64,000 bases of DNA from Candidatus Eiseniibacteriota bacterium (lineage in GTDB: Bacteria; Eisenbacteria; RBG-16-71-46; CAIMUX01; VGJL01), in NCBI GenBank assembly GCA_963792585.1, contig CAWBWI010000001.1, positions 512,001 through 576,000 of the forward strand, given 5' to 3'. The first letter of the stretch is position 1. Each line of letters starts with the position of its first letter. Below the pieces are notes generated by a model. That model was given only the letters and a program-made list of their open reading frames with translations. It did no database searches and was not told where the DNA came from. Of the stretch, positions 1 to 10,815 are shown piece after piece. The translations under genes were made by a program, and so were the position numbers.

Positions 1-2
1 GC

Positions 3-386
3 TACCGGGTTGTGCCCCGCGGCGACCTTCAGACCGAGGCCGAGTTCAAGAACGTCCGCGTCGCCACGATCGACGGGTTCGAGTACCGCTTCACCCGCAT
101 TGCGGTACGGGCCGACACCCTCGAGGGCTTCTATCCCTTCACAGTGGAGCGCAGCAACGCGAAGAACGAGATTTGGTACGAGGACGTTCTCCGCCGTCAT
201 CCGATCGCGCTCGATCGCGTCCAGCGCGTCGAGCTGATCCGCCGCGATCCGGTGAAGACCGCCTTCTACGGGACCACGGTCGCGGCGGCCGGATTCTTCC
301 TCGTCACCATGGTCGACGAGCCGGACCGCACGAGCAACCGCACCGGTTCGGTCATCAAGAACCCGCCCGGGGGTGGAATCCGATGA
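3..386 (+). CDS. Hypothetical protein, 5'-truncated by window edge
   Basis: Frame is open from the window start (YRVVPRGDLQ...), has a hydrophobic segment near the C-terminus, and its stop overlaps the next ATG (ATGA 383-386). Confidence 0.6.
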   Translation, partial: YRVVPRGDLQTEAEFKNVRVATIDGFEYRFTRIAVRADTLEGFYPFTVERSNAKNEIWYEDVLRRHPIALDRVQRVELIRRDPVKTAFYGTTVAAAGFFLVTMVDEPDRTSNRTGSVIKNPPGGGIR

Positions 387-532
387 CCGAAGGGAAGGCG
401 CCGGACCCCGAGCGTCTTCCTCGCCTCTCGCTCTTCGACCCGCCATCCGGCGATGCGGGCAATGTCGCGGAGACGGCGGCCCGCGCGCGGGAGTTCCGGG
501 AACTCTTCCGGCATCGGGCCCTCCTCCGATAG
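383..532 (+). CDS. Small hypothetical protein (49 aa)
   Basis: ATGA overlap with the upstream stop; its TAG lies 1 nt before the next ATG, so it fills the gap in the operon. Confidence 0.4.
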   Translation: MTEGKAPDPERLPRLSLFDPPSGDAGNVAETAARAREFRELFRHRALLR

Positions 533-533
533 G

Positions 534-1316
534 ATGGGGCCCATGAGCGAAACGGCGCCACGCCCTCCCGAAGGCGACTGGTATCGAGACAGCTTCGACG
601 GGCTCTACCCGATCCTTTATGCGCACCGTGACCACCGGGAGGCGGAGGGGTTGCTCCGTGTGCTTTCCGGGGAGGTCCCCTTCCACGATGGGCGTGTCCT
701 CGATTTGGGGTGCGGGCCGGGGCGTTTCCTGGCCGCGCTCGCGGCTCGGGGGGCGCACGCCGTCGGGATCGATCTCTCCCTTCAACTCCTGACGCGCGCC
801 CGCGACGCCTCGCCCCGCTCGCCCCTCGTTCGCGCGGACATGCGGGCGTTGCCCCTGCGCGAAGGATCGTTTCAAACGGCGCTCATGATGTTCACCACCT
901 TCGGATACTTCGCGCGCGAGCGGGAAGACATGAGCGTTCTCGAAGGGATTGCGCGCGTCCTCGAGCCGGGCGGAACGCTTGTGCTCGATACGATCCATTC
1001 TCAGCACGCGCGGGAACATCTCGTCCATCAATCGGACAGGCTGGTGCAGGGCCTGCAGGTGCTCGAGACACGCTGGATCGATCCGGAAGGACCGTTCCTG
1101 CGCAAGGAGACGCGCGTGGGGCCGATGCAGGACGGGACGATTCGGACCTACCGAGAACGACTCCGACTCTACGAGCCGGCGAGACTCGCCGCGATGCTCG
1201 ATGCGGCCGGGTTCGACGTGCGCGTTCGGTGGGGCGACTACCAGGGCGGGCCCTTCGACGCCGGCAGCTCCTCGCGGCTCTTGCTGATCGCCCAGCGGGG
1301 CGGAGGTTCGCGATGA
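534..1316 (+). CDS. Class I SAM-dependent methyltransferase
   Basis: Motif I VLDLGCGPG, then GIDLS, ADMRALP and MFTTFGYF; alternative start at 543; stop overlaps the bshC ATG. Confidence 0.9.
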   Translation: MGPMSETAPRPPEGDWYRDSFDGLYPILYAHRDHREAEGLLRVLSGEVPFHDGRVLDLGCGPGRFLAALAARGAHAVGIDLSLQLLTRARDASPRSPLVRADMRALPLREGSFQTALMMFTTFGYFAREREDMSVLEGIARVLEPGGTLVLDTIHSQHAREHLVHQSDRLVQGLQVLETRWIDPEGPFLRKETRVGPMQDGTIRTYRERLRLYEPARLAAMLDAAGFDVRVRWGDYQGGPFDAGSSSRLLLIAQRGGGSR

Positions 1317-2797
1317 GGTTGCTCGGTTTCCGGGACTCGGGCCACGAACCTCTGGCGCCGGGCGGGGCGCGGGACGCTCGCGCGGGATTGCTGCGCGAGG
1401 ACCCGGCGGGCTTCGGGCGCTTGATGGAGCGACTCTGCGAGGGAGACCCCCGCCTCGCGCCCTACGCGGAGCCCCTCGCCCGGGGGGAGGCGGTCGTGGT
1501 CCTGTCGGGGCAGCAACCGGCGCTGCTGGGAGGGCCGCTCTACACGCTCTACAAGACCTGGACGACGATCGAGGCGGCGCGGCGCATGCGCGCATCGGGG
1601 ACGCCGGCGGTGGCGGCGTTCTGGTGCGTCGGCGACGACACCGACCACGACGAGGTCCGCCTGGCCTCCTGGCCGCTGCGCGCGGGGGCGCCGCGGAGAC
1701 TGCGCGACGATCGAGAGGCCGGGGGACGCAGGATCGGCGCGCTCGAGATGGAGCGGATGGCCGGGGCTCTCGAGGCCCTGCGCGCCGACGCCCCCCTTGT
1801 CTCGGGATTGACCGCGCTCGACGCGGCCGCGTCGTCGGCCGACCTGGAGCGGATTCCTCGAGGTCGCGCTGAAATCGCTGGCCGGAGACGAGCCGCTTCT
1901 CTTCGTCGATGGAAACGCTCCGGAGGTGCTCGACGCTTCGCAGTCGTGGCTCCGATCCATGGCGGGCGAGCGACGCGGACTGGCACGCGAAATCAGCGAG
2001 CTCGTCGGGAGGATGGCCGCCGCGGGTGAAGCGCCGGGTCTCTCCGGTGATGAGGCCGAGCGGGCCCTCTTCGTGGTGGACGGGGACGGGCGGCGTCCTC
2101 TCGAGATGGATCGTGCGCCCGATGCCTCCATGACGCTGCTTCCCAACGTGGTCCTCCGTCCCGGGCTCCAGGAGCACCTGTTGAGCGTGGCGCGCGTCGT
2201 CTGCGGCGAAGGGGAGATCGCCTATCGGGTCTGCCTCGGCCCGGTCTACGCGAGGACCGGGCGGCCGGCGGCGCCCCTCGCGCGCCGCTTCGAGGCGACG
2301 CTCTTTCCGCCGCCGTGGGGAGCGTCGACGAAGGCGCCCGATCCGTCGATCGTCCTGGACGACCCCGACCGCGCGCTGGACGGGTGGGCAGGACGCTCGC
2401 TCGATCCCGAGGCTCGCGCGGCGCTCGACACTGCGCGCAAGGAAATCGCGGACCGGATCGCATCGCTCGGCCCGACCCTGACGCAGGTGGACCGTGGCCT
2501 CGCACAGGTGGTCGACTCGGCAGCGGGCAAGATCGACTACCAGCTCCAACGGGTGGACGACGCCCTGAGTTCGAAAGCCCGCGCCGGGCTCTTGCGACGT
2601 CGATCCCGCGCTGGCGAACCTGCGGGAGTTCCTGCTTCCCCGCGGCGGGACCTCAGGAGCGTTCCTTCTCCATGTGGACGCCATTTCAGTGGGAAGGCCT
2701 TGGCGCGCGCGAGGGATTGGACGCGGCCGTGCGAGCATGGTTCGATCGCGGCGAGGAGGGACACGCGCTCCTCACCCTGGACGAAGGAGGGGCATGA
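1313..2797 (+). CDS. bshC: Bacillithiol biosynthesis cysteine-adding enzyme BshC (frameshifts near 1840 and 2600)
   Basis: SGQQPALLGGPLYTLYK, FWCVGDDTDHDEV, PNVVLRP, GEGEIAY and PQER motifs spread over three frames; directly upstream of bshA. Confidence 0.85.
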
Positions 2798-3934
2798 TGT
2801 CCAAGCCAAAGCCGAGGATCGGTGTCGTCTGCTATCCGACGCACGGGGGGAGCGGGATCGTCGCGACCGAACTGGGGCTCGCGCTGGCCGCCCGCGGTTG
2901 CGAGATCCACTTCGTGAGCTATGCCGCTCCGGTGCGGCTCAAGGGGTACGTGGAGAACGTCCAGTTCCACCAGGTCTTCACGGACAACTATCCCGTCTTC
3001 CACCACCCGCCCTACGTCCTGAGCCTCGCAACGAAGCTCGTCGAAGTGGCCCGGGAGCACCGGCTCGATCTGGTCCACGCACACTATGCGGTTCCTCACG
3101 CGACATGCGCCTTCCTGGCGCGCGAGATGCTCGCGGAGCGGAAGCTCGCGACCGTCACGACCCTTCACGGCACCGACATCACGCTGGTCGGGGTGCAGCC
3201 TTCGTTCCACACCGTCGTCCGCTTCTCCATCGAGAAGAGCGACGGGGTGACGGCCGTCTCGGGGTGGCTGCGCCAGCAGTCGATCGACCACTTCGGGATC
3301 ACGAACGAGATCGCGGTGATCCCGAACTTCGTCGACACCGTCCGCTTCTCCCCGCGGGTGAGGCGCGACGCGTGCGGCCCGTTCGCCGCGGGGGGACGGA
3401 AGGTCGTGATGCACGCGAGCAACTTCCGGCAGGTGAAGAACGTCCCGGGAGTGCTGCGGGTCTTCGACACGATCCGCCGCGAGGTGGACGCAAACCTGGT
3501 TCTGATCGGCGAGGGGCCGGAGCTGGCCAAAGCGCACGATCTGACCCGCCTGCTGGGTATCGAGGAGCGGGTCTTCTTCCTGGGAATCCAGGACGCGATC
3601 GACGACATCCTGCCGCTGACGGACCTGCTGCTCCTCCCGAGCGAACACGAGAGCTTCGGCCTCGTGGCCCTCGAGGCGATGGCGTGCGGCGTCCCGGTCG
3701 TTGCGACCAATCAAGGCGGGACCGTCGAGGTGATCGAGTCGGACGTGAACGGCTTCCTGGCCGATCCGCGCGATGAGGAGGCGATGGCGTCCTGGGCGAT
3801 CCGGCTCCTGGGAGACCGGGGTCGCTGGGAGACCGTTTCCGCGGCGGCGCGGGAACGCGCGGTGACCGAGTTCGAGCAGGGGGCGGATCGTGCAGCGCTA
3901 TCTCGACTACTACGAGCGGATCCTCTCCCGCTAA
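2794..3934 (+). CDS. bshA: N-acetyl-alpha-D-glucosaminyl L-malate synthase BshA (GT4; frameshift near 3880)
   Basis: CYPTHGGSGIVATELG, HAHYAVPH, TTLHGTDIT, HASNFRQVK, ESFGLVALEAM; the likely C-terminus RIVQRYLDYYERILSR* is in another frame. Confidence 0.92.
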
Positions 3935-4684
3935 CGCCAGAGGACGGCCGCCATGCGGCCGCTGCGCGCGCCGTCGCGCCGGTACGAGAAGAAGAGATCG
4001 GGATTGCAGGATGTGCAGTACGACGAGCGCCCGATGCGCGTCGGAAGCAGGCCGGAGGCCGCGCAGATCGTCCGCAATCGCGGCGCCGAGATCGAGGTGG
4101 AGCTCCCCCCGAAGGGTTTGCACCCACTCGGGGGAGAACCTCGCGGCGACCTCCTCGCCGATCGAATAGCAGCAGGCGCCGATCCCCGGTCCGACCCAGG
4201 CGCGGACATCCGTGAGGGGCATGCCGGAAGAGTCTCCCAGCGCGCGCGCCGTGATTCCCGCCGCGCCGTCGGCCGCGCCCCGCCATCCGCAGTGCAGCAG
4301 CGCGATCCAATGCCCCGCGGCGAAGAAGACCGGGCAGCAGTCGGCGACGGTCAACCACAGGGGCAGGCCTTGCCTTGTCGGTCAGGAGCGCATCGTAAGG
4401 GTCGTAGATCCCGGGCCGCTCGACGCAGAGCCCACGTGTGCCGTGGGCCAGCCTCGCGCGGGCAGGGGGGCCCGGGTAGCCCCCGCGCCTCGATCCAGAT
4501 CGCTTCATTTTCGGCGACGTGACCGAGATCGTCTCCCGCACTATGGCCGAGGTTCAACGTGTCGAAGGGGGGCGCACTCCGGCCGCCCGAGCGGAGACTG
4601 ACGGCCGCATGCGCTTCCCCGAGCCATCCCTCGGGGCGGGCCGATCCAGCGGATCTCTCCGGCACTCCCGAACTGCTCGCTCAT
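3931..4684 (-). CDS. pgeF: PgeF/YfiH (laccase-domain) family protein, several frameshifts
   Basis: S-x-PPFDTLNLG, TVADCCPV, HCGWRG, GPGIGACCY and CTSCNPDLFFSYRRDGARSGRM fragments in successive frames. Confidence 0.85.
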
Positions 4685-4780
4685 GAGGCGGCAGTCTATG
4701 CACCCGCCCCGCAGAGGGTCAACTTCCCCGACACCGCTTCAGAGATCGCCGCAAGCTGCCGAAATATCTGGGGAAAAGCC

Positions 4781-6263
4781 ATGTCCGACATCGTTCGGAA
4801 ATCACCTCGTTGGAGCGACCTGCGGGCCCGGATGCTGGGCTACCAGGGCAACAGGGTGTTGAGCGGCTACGTCGCCTTGATCACGGCGGCGGGTCTTGCG
4901 GTCCTGGTTCTCCAAGGACGCCACTCGTCTCCATTCTCCTGGACCTTCTTCTTCTGGTTCGTGTTCTGTCTCGGCTCCGAGTTGCTCTGGCTCGAGACGC
5001 CGACGGGCGAGGCGACCGACTCGATGGCCTCGACGTTCAACGTCGCGGTGCTCTATCTCTTCGGTGCGGGACTGTCGCTCTGGATCATCGGACTCTCGGT
5101 GCTCATCGCGACCCGCGTGTTCCAGAAGAAGGACTGGATCCACTCCTTCTTCGGGCTCGGGCAGATGGTCCTGACGGCTTTCGTCGCGGGCTCGGTCTTC
5201 CGGTTGCTCGCCGGCGGCGCGGGCGCGCTCGAGCACTTCCACACTCTCCGGGGCTCGGGGGGCTGGTGCTCTCGCTTGCGTCGCCTACTACACGGTCAAC
5301 ACGTTCCTTGTCTCGGGCGCGATCGCCCTCGAACGCAAGACGCCGCTGATCCCGACGCTCCGAAGGCGAACTACGTCTACCGAAATGCCGTGCTCTCGAG
5401 CGGGGCCCTCTTCGCCCTTAGCCGATGCTGCTCGTCTCCTACCTGAGCCTCGGCAATCCAGGAGTCGTCTCTCTTCTTCCTGCCCCTCGTGATCGTCAAG
5501 AAGCAGAATCGCGACTACATCGAGCTGCGGCCGGACCACGCAGGCGTTGATCTCCTCGGAGCGGATGGCGGCCAAGGGCGAAATGGCCGCTTCCGTCGCG
5601 CACGAGATGCGCAACTACCTGGCGGTGCTCTCCGGACGGACGGAGCTGATGAAGCGGAAGGTCGAGCGGATGGGATTGACCGAGTTCCAACGCGATCGGC
5701 GAGATCCTCTGGACGCAGATCGAACGGCTCTCGACCCAAGCGCGCGGGTTGCTCACTTCTCCCACAAGGAGATGAAGGTGACCAACTTCGACCTGAACGC
5801 CCTGTGCAGGGAGATGGTCGAGTTCCTCCAGCCGCAGAACGCCTTCGACAAGGTGGAGTTCGAACTCGACCTCGGCGAAGACTTGGACTGGGTCGAGGGG
5901 GACGCCGGGCAGATCCACCAGGTCGTACTGAACCTGTGCCGGAACGCCGCGGAGGCGATGGCGGAGGCCGGCGTCGAGGAGGCGAAGATCTGGATCCGGA
6001 CCCGCAACGACGGGCGGGGATACGTCCGGCTGGAGGTCGAGGACAACGGGCGGGGGGTGCCCGCGGGGATCAAGCAACGGATCTTCGAACCGGGCTACAC
6101 CACGAAGGAGACGGGCAACGGTTTCGGGCTCGCGACCTGCGCCCGGATTGCCGAAGCACACAAGGGCAGGATCTGGGTGGAGGACCGTCCGGGCGGCGGC
6201 GCCCGGTTCGTTTTGACCTGGCCTCTTGGTAAGGCTAAGGCAAAGAATGACTTGGCCGCATGA
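4781..6263 (+). CDS. Membrane-bound sensor histidine kinase (frameshifted)
   Basis: Multi-TM N-terminus; H-box GEMAASVAHEMRN; QVVLNLCRNAAEA, DNGRG, FEPGYTTK and GNGFGLA boxes. No cognate regulator adjacent. Confidence 0.85.
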
Positions 6264-6273
6264 TGATTCCAGG

Positions 6274-6302
6274 TTGACATACCCGATGGGCCTGGCTACC
6301 GT
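6274..6302 (+). promoter_or_regulatory. Sigma70-type promoter for the M23 peptidase gene
   Basis: TTGACA (6274-6279), 17 bp spacer, TACCGT (6297-6302) in intergenic DNA. Confidence 0.55.
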
Positions 6303-6368
6303 CCCGGACAGCTTCTGCTTCTCGGGGGGGATTGCAGGGATCGGCGGCCGGACCGAAGTGGGGGAAGA

Positions 6369-7679
6369 TTGTTGAAGCATCCAAGACTGCGCCAGTGGGC
6401 GGCATGGCTGGTCAGCGGCTCCGCCGGCCTGCTCTTCCTGATCCTCCTCCGCCAGCAGGCGGGGATCATGCCCGCCCGAGACCCCGAAGTCCCCATCTCC
6501 GAAGAACTCCGCACCTTCACCTCCGCCGACACCGTTCACCGCGGCGACACGCTCGCGGGATTGCTGCTGCGCAATCGGATGGGCCTGCAGGAGATCGAGA
6601 AAGTCCTCCGCGAGATCCGGACGCGGGACTATTTCTCCCCCCGTTCGTTGCTCCCGGGGCAGGTCCTCGAGTTCACGCGCGATGATGCGGACCGTCTTGT
6701 GCGTCTCGCCGTCCGCTGCTCACCCGAAGAGATCTACGTCTTCGAGCTCCAGCCCCGACTCGCTGCGCTCCTTCGCGCAGGCGGTCGATGCGGAGACCGG
6801 GTCCGCAAGCTCTCCGGCACCGTCCAGAGCGACATTCGAGATGGCCGTTCTCTCTGCGGGGGGAAGCGCGCAGCTCGCAATCAAGCTGGCCGAGATCTTC
6901 TCCTGCGAAGTCGACTTCTTCACGGAAGTCCGACGGGGCGACAAGTTCAGCCTGCTCGTCGAGGAGCGCTACGTGGAGGGCTCGTTCGTCGGGTACGGCC
7001 CGATCCTCTACGGCTGTTACCAGGGCGACGAGGCCAAGGCCAGCGCGGTCTGGTACCAAGGGGAAGGACAGCGGGGCGGATACTACGACCTCGACCGGCA
7101 ACAATCTCCGCCGGGCCTTCCTGAAGAGCCCTCTCACCTACAGCCGGATCACCTCACTACTTCGCGAAGAAGCGTTTTCATCCGATCCTCAAGACCTACC
7201 GGCCCCACCACGGGGTGGACTACGCCGCTCCGATCGGGACGCCGGTGGCGGCGGTGGCCGACGGGACGATCGAGTTCGCGGGCTGGAAGGGCGGCTACGG
7301 CCGCTTCGTGAAGATCCGGCACGACCGGACCCACGAGACTTGCTACGGCCACTTGAGCCGGTTCGCGGCGAACATCCGGTCCGGGGCCCGGGTGAAGCAG
7401 GGCGAGAAGATCGGATACGTCGGCCGGACGGGCCTCGCCACGGGTCCACACCTCCACTACGAATTCGTGGAGAACGGCCAGTCGATCAATCCGCTCGCGA
7501 TGCGCTCACTTCCTTCGGAGCCGATCGCATCGAGTCAGCTCGTCGCCTTCCGCGCGCGCATCCAGGATCTCACACGGGCGGAGACGCAGATGGCCTCGGG
7601 CGAGTGCCTGATCCCTCAGGCCTGGCAGAATCTGCTCGCGGCGAACCTGGCCACGGCCACAGGACCCACCGCCGATTGA
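6369..7679 (+). CDS. M23 family peptidoglycan endopeptidase, MepM-like (frameshifted)
   Basis: N-terminal TM, LysM-like VHRGDTLAGLL, HHGVDYAAPIGTPV, YGHLSRF, GLATGPHLHYEF. Confidence 0.88.
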
Positions 7680-7705
7680 CACCCTTTCCGCGCGGGTGTT
7701 AGCTT
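7676..7705 (+). promoter_or_regulatory. Sigma70-type promoter for the prenyl synthase operon
   Basis: TTGACA (7676-7681), 18 bp spacer, TAGCTT (7700-7705) with an upstream TG extension. Confidence 0.5.
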
Positions 7706-7875
7706 CTGCAGGGTTGGAGTCTGACCTTCGCGGGACGCGATCTGCGTCCCGCTGAACGATCCGTGAGAAAGGGGAGCAGCGTGTCGAGTTCCAATCTGGA
7801 GACCTACCTGAGGTCCTTCCGGCCGACGCCAAGCTCCACTCCTTCCAGGAACCGATCCAGGAGGATCTGGATCGG

Positions 7876-8802
7876 ATGCAGGATGTTCTGCGGGAGTTCT
7901 TCCGCTCCCGGGTGCCCTTGATCCATGAGGTCGGCGACCACCTGCTCACCATGTCCGGGAAGAGGTACCGGCCGGCCCTTGCGCTCCTGATCGCCCGTAT
8001 GGGCGGAGAGCGAGCCCGCAACCCCATCTTCGCGGCGGCGGTGATCGAGTTGATCCACACGGCGACCCTCGTCCACGACGACACGATCGACAAGAGCGCG
8101 CTACGCCGCGGCCTGCCGACCATCAACGCTTTGTACAACGATCTCGTCTCGACGATTCTTGGCGATTACATCTACACGAAGGTCCTCGTCGACCTCTTCG
8201 ATGCATCTGAGGATGCGATCGTGCGCGTCGTCGCCCGAACGACCTACGAGATGTCGATCGGCGAGATGCTGCAGATCCAGCAGAAGCGAAACGTCGATCT
8301 CCGCGAGGAGGATTATCTGGAACTGGTCGATGCCAAGACCGCCTCTCTGATGGCGGCCTCCTGCGAGGTCGGCGCGATCGTAGGCGGTTTCCCGCCCGAG
8401 GCGGTCGAGAACTGGAGGCTGTTCGGGATGGACCTCGGACGCGCCTACCAGATCACCGACGACATCTTCGATTACGTGGGGGATGCCGGTCTCCTCGGAA
8501 AGGGAGCCCACTCCGATCTGGCCGAGGGGAAGGTGACCCTGCCATTGATCCGCGCACTCGCGCGCTGCGGAGAGCGGGAACGTTCCCGCGTCGAGGAGAT
8601 CCTGGCCCGTCCGAAGCTCACTCCTGAGGACTGGCTCTTCGTACTGGAACTGCTGCGCGGGCATGCGGCGCTCGAAGAGTGCCGCGAGATCGCGCAGGCG
8701 TGCGCAACGCGGGCGGTCGGGCGGCTCGACGGATACCCCGCCTCGACCTACCTCACCGGGGTGCGGCAGGCGGTCGACTACGCCGTGACCCGCAGCCATT
8801 GA
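7876..8802 (+). CDS. ispB: Long-chain polyprenyl diphosphate synthase (IspB/HepT-like); true start may be near 7781 with a frameshift
   Basis: GKRYRP, ELIHTATLVHDDTID..LRRG, KTASL, YQITDDIFD, DLAEGKVTLP. Confidence 0.9.
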   Translation: MQDVLREFFRSRVPLIHEVGDHLLTMSGKRYRPALALLIARMGGERARNPIFAAAVIELIHTATLVHDDTIDKSALRRGLPTINALYNDLVSTILGDYIYTKVLVDLFDASEDAIVRVVARTTYEMSIGEMLQIQQKRNVDLREEDYLELVDAKTASLMAASCEVGAIVGGFPPEAVENWRLFGMDLGRAYQITDDIFDYVGDAGLLGKGAHSDLAEGKVTLPLIRALARCGERERSRVEEILARPKLTPEDWLFVLELLRGHAALEECREIAQACATRAVGRLDGYPASTYLTGVRQAVDYAVTRSH

Positions 8803-8810
8803 GGAAGCTC

Positions 8811-9197
8811 GTGGCGACTCGCCCTCTGAAGCCCAAGAGTCTCGCCCGCAAGATCGGTCTCCTGGCCCTCGAGAAGAAGGCGGAAGAGGTGACCATCCTC
8901 GACATGTCGGAGCTATCCTCGGCGTGCGACTACTTCGTCCTCTGCTCCGCCGGCTCCGAGCAACAGGTCGGGGCGATCGCCGAGCACATCGCCTCGAAAC
9001 TGCGCGAACGGGGACAGCCGCCGTGGCATATGGAGGGGCGCACCCAGAGGCGGTGGATCCTGATCGACTTCGTGGACGTCGTCGTTCACGTCTTCCACCA
9101 CGAAACCCGGCAGTTCTACATGCTCGAGCGGCTTTGGGGGGATGCGAAGGTGACCAAGATCAAGGAGCCGAGGCCGCGCCCGAGGCCGAGCGCATGA
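8811..9197 (+). CDS. rsfS: Ribosome silencing factor RsfS (Iojap)
   Basis: EKKAEEVTILD, DYFVLCS, WILIDFVDVVVHVF..RQFYMLERLWGD; GTG start after GAGGA. Confidence 0.93.
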   Translation: MATRPLKPKSLARKIGLLALEKKAEEVTILDMSELSSACDYFVLCSAGSEQQVGAIAEHIASKLRERGQPPWHMEGRTQRRWILIDFVDVVVHVFHHETRQFYMLERLWGDAKVTKIKEPRPRPRPSA

Positions 9198-10108
9198 ACG
9201 AGATCGTGGTCGTCGGATCGGTCGCGCTGGACACGGTGCACACGCCCGGAGGGGTGAGCGAGAACGCCCTCGGCGGATCGGCCAGCTATTTCTCCCTTGC
9301 CGCCCGTGCCGTATGTTCCGGTGCGGCTCGTCGCAGTCGTGGGGGAGGACTTCCCCCCGGCGTATCGGGACATGCTCGCCAAGGGAGGCGTGGACCTCGC
9401 GGGACTTCAGGTCGCAAGCGGTCGAACGTTTCGCTGGGAGGGGATCTACGGCGCCGATCTGAACGATCGAACGACGGTCGCCACGGAGCTGAACGTCTTC
9501 GAGTCGTTCCATCCGATCCTTCCGGAGATCTACCGCGGTCGCGGGCCGTCTTCCTTGCGAATATCGATCCCGTGTTGCAGGAGGAAGTCCTCGACCAGCT
9601 CGGCGACCCATGGCTCGTGGCGCTCGACACGATGAACTACTGGATCACCTGCCGCCGCGCCGAACTGCTTCGCGTCCTTCGCCGGGTCGATGTGTTCCTG
9701 CTGAATGACGCAGAGGCCAAGCAGTTGACCGGGGCGGAGAGTGTGCTGAAGGCGGCCGAGGGGATCCGGATGATGGGTCCTTCCGTAGTCGTGATCAAGC
9801 GCGGGGAGTACGGAGCACTGGCGCGCACGGAGGGGGGATGGTTCTCGATCCCCGCCTTCCCGGTCGAGTCGGCGAAGGATCCGACAGGCGCGGGGGATTC
9901 CTTCGCGGGTGGAATGCTCGGACGTCTCGTGCTCGAGGGAACGCTCGACGAGCCGTCGGTTCGCCGGGCGATGGCGCACGGCACGGCGGTCGCCTCGTGC
10001 GCCGTGGAGGAGTTCGGTGTGGAGGGCCTGGTCCGGCTCGACCCCGAGCGGGTCGCCGGCCGAGTGCGAGAGCTCCACGAGATGACCCATTTCGACCCGG
10101 AAGCCTGA
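9194..10108 (+). CDS. PfkB family carbohydrate/nucleoside kinase (two compensating frameshifts near 9310 and 9545)
   Basis: VVGSVALD, LGGSASYF, DTMNYWI, LNDAEA, DPTGAGDSFAGG. Confidence 0.88.
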   Translation: MNEIVVVGSVALDTVHTPGGVSENALGGSASYFSLAARAVCSGAARRSRGGGLPPGVSGHARQGRRGPRGTSGRKRSNVSLGGDLRRRSERSNDGRHGAERLRVVPSDPSGDLPRSRAVFLANIDPVLQEEVLDQLGDPWLVALDTMNYWITCRRAELLRVLRRVDVFLLNDAEAKQLTGAESVLKAAEGIRMMGPSVVVIKRGEYGALARTEGGWFSIPAFPVESAKDPTGAGDSFAGGMLGRLVLEGTLDEPSVRRAMAHGTAVASCAVEEFGVEGLVRLDPERVAGRVRELHEMTHFDPEA

Positions 10109-10125
10109 GAAGTCGGAGACGGGAG

Positions 10126-10815
10126 ATGCTCGCCGAACGGATCCGGGTGATGGAAACGGATCTCGAGCGAATCAAAGGAGTCCACTCCGCGCGGATCCGC
10201 GCGGAGGGCGGGGAGATCTCCGAGATTCACGTCGTGGCGGACGCGATCGGCGTCCGAAGTGATTGTCCGTGACGTGGTGACGACGCTCTTTGCCCGATAC
10301 GGGGTCCGCGTTCCACACCAGCGAGTCAGTGTCGCGGGCTCCGCGCCCGACCCTGCAGCCGAACCGCGGCCGCCCGCATCGGGATCGGAGATCGGGGTGC
10401 AGATCGCCTCGGTTCATCTGACCTGCGAGGGAGAGGACTTCCGCGCGACGGTCGAGCTGAGAGACGGGCAACGCGCGGCGCGCGCCACGGCGGATGCGAT
10501 CGCGACGCGCGCGAATCGTCCCGCGTGGTTGCCGAGGCGACGCTCGAGGCCCTCCGCAAGCTGACGGGAACGCTTCCGCCCACGCAAATCGAGGAAGTCA
10601 GGTCGGTCGAACTCGGCGACTTGCCCGTCGTGCTGGTGAGGGTCGTGGTTCTCTCCTCGGGACGAGAGCAGCATCGCGTCGGTTGCGGGGTCGGGGTCGA
10701 TCGGATCGATGCGGCCGCCGTCGCGGTGCTCGACGCGATGCGCCCGATCCTGCCGAACTCCCGGGCGCCGGAGGAGGAGATCGAGTTGGAAGTCGAGGAG
10801 GGGATTCAAGGATGA
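10126..10815 (+). CDS. Hypothetical protein (frameshifted)
   Basis: Consecutive fragments (IKGVHSARI..EIHVVAD / IVRDVVTTLFARYG..VSVA / VAEATLEALRKL..AVAVLDA) fill the gap between the kinase and purM, ending in an ATGA overlap. Confidence 0.6.
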
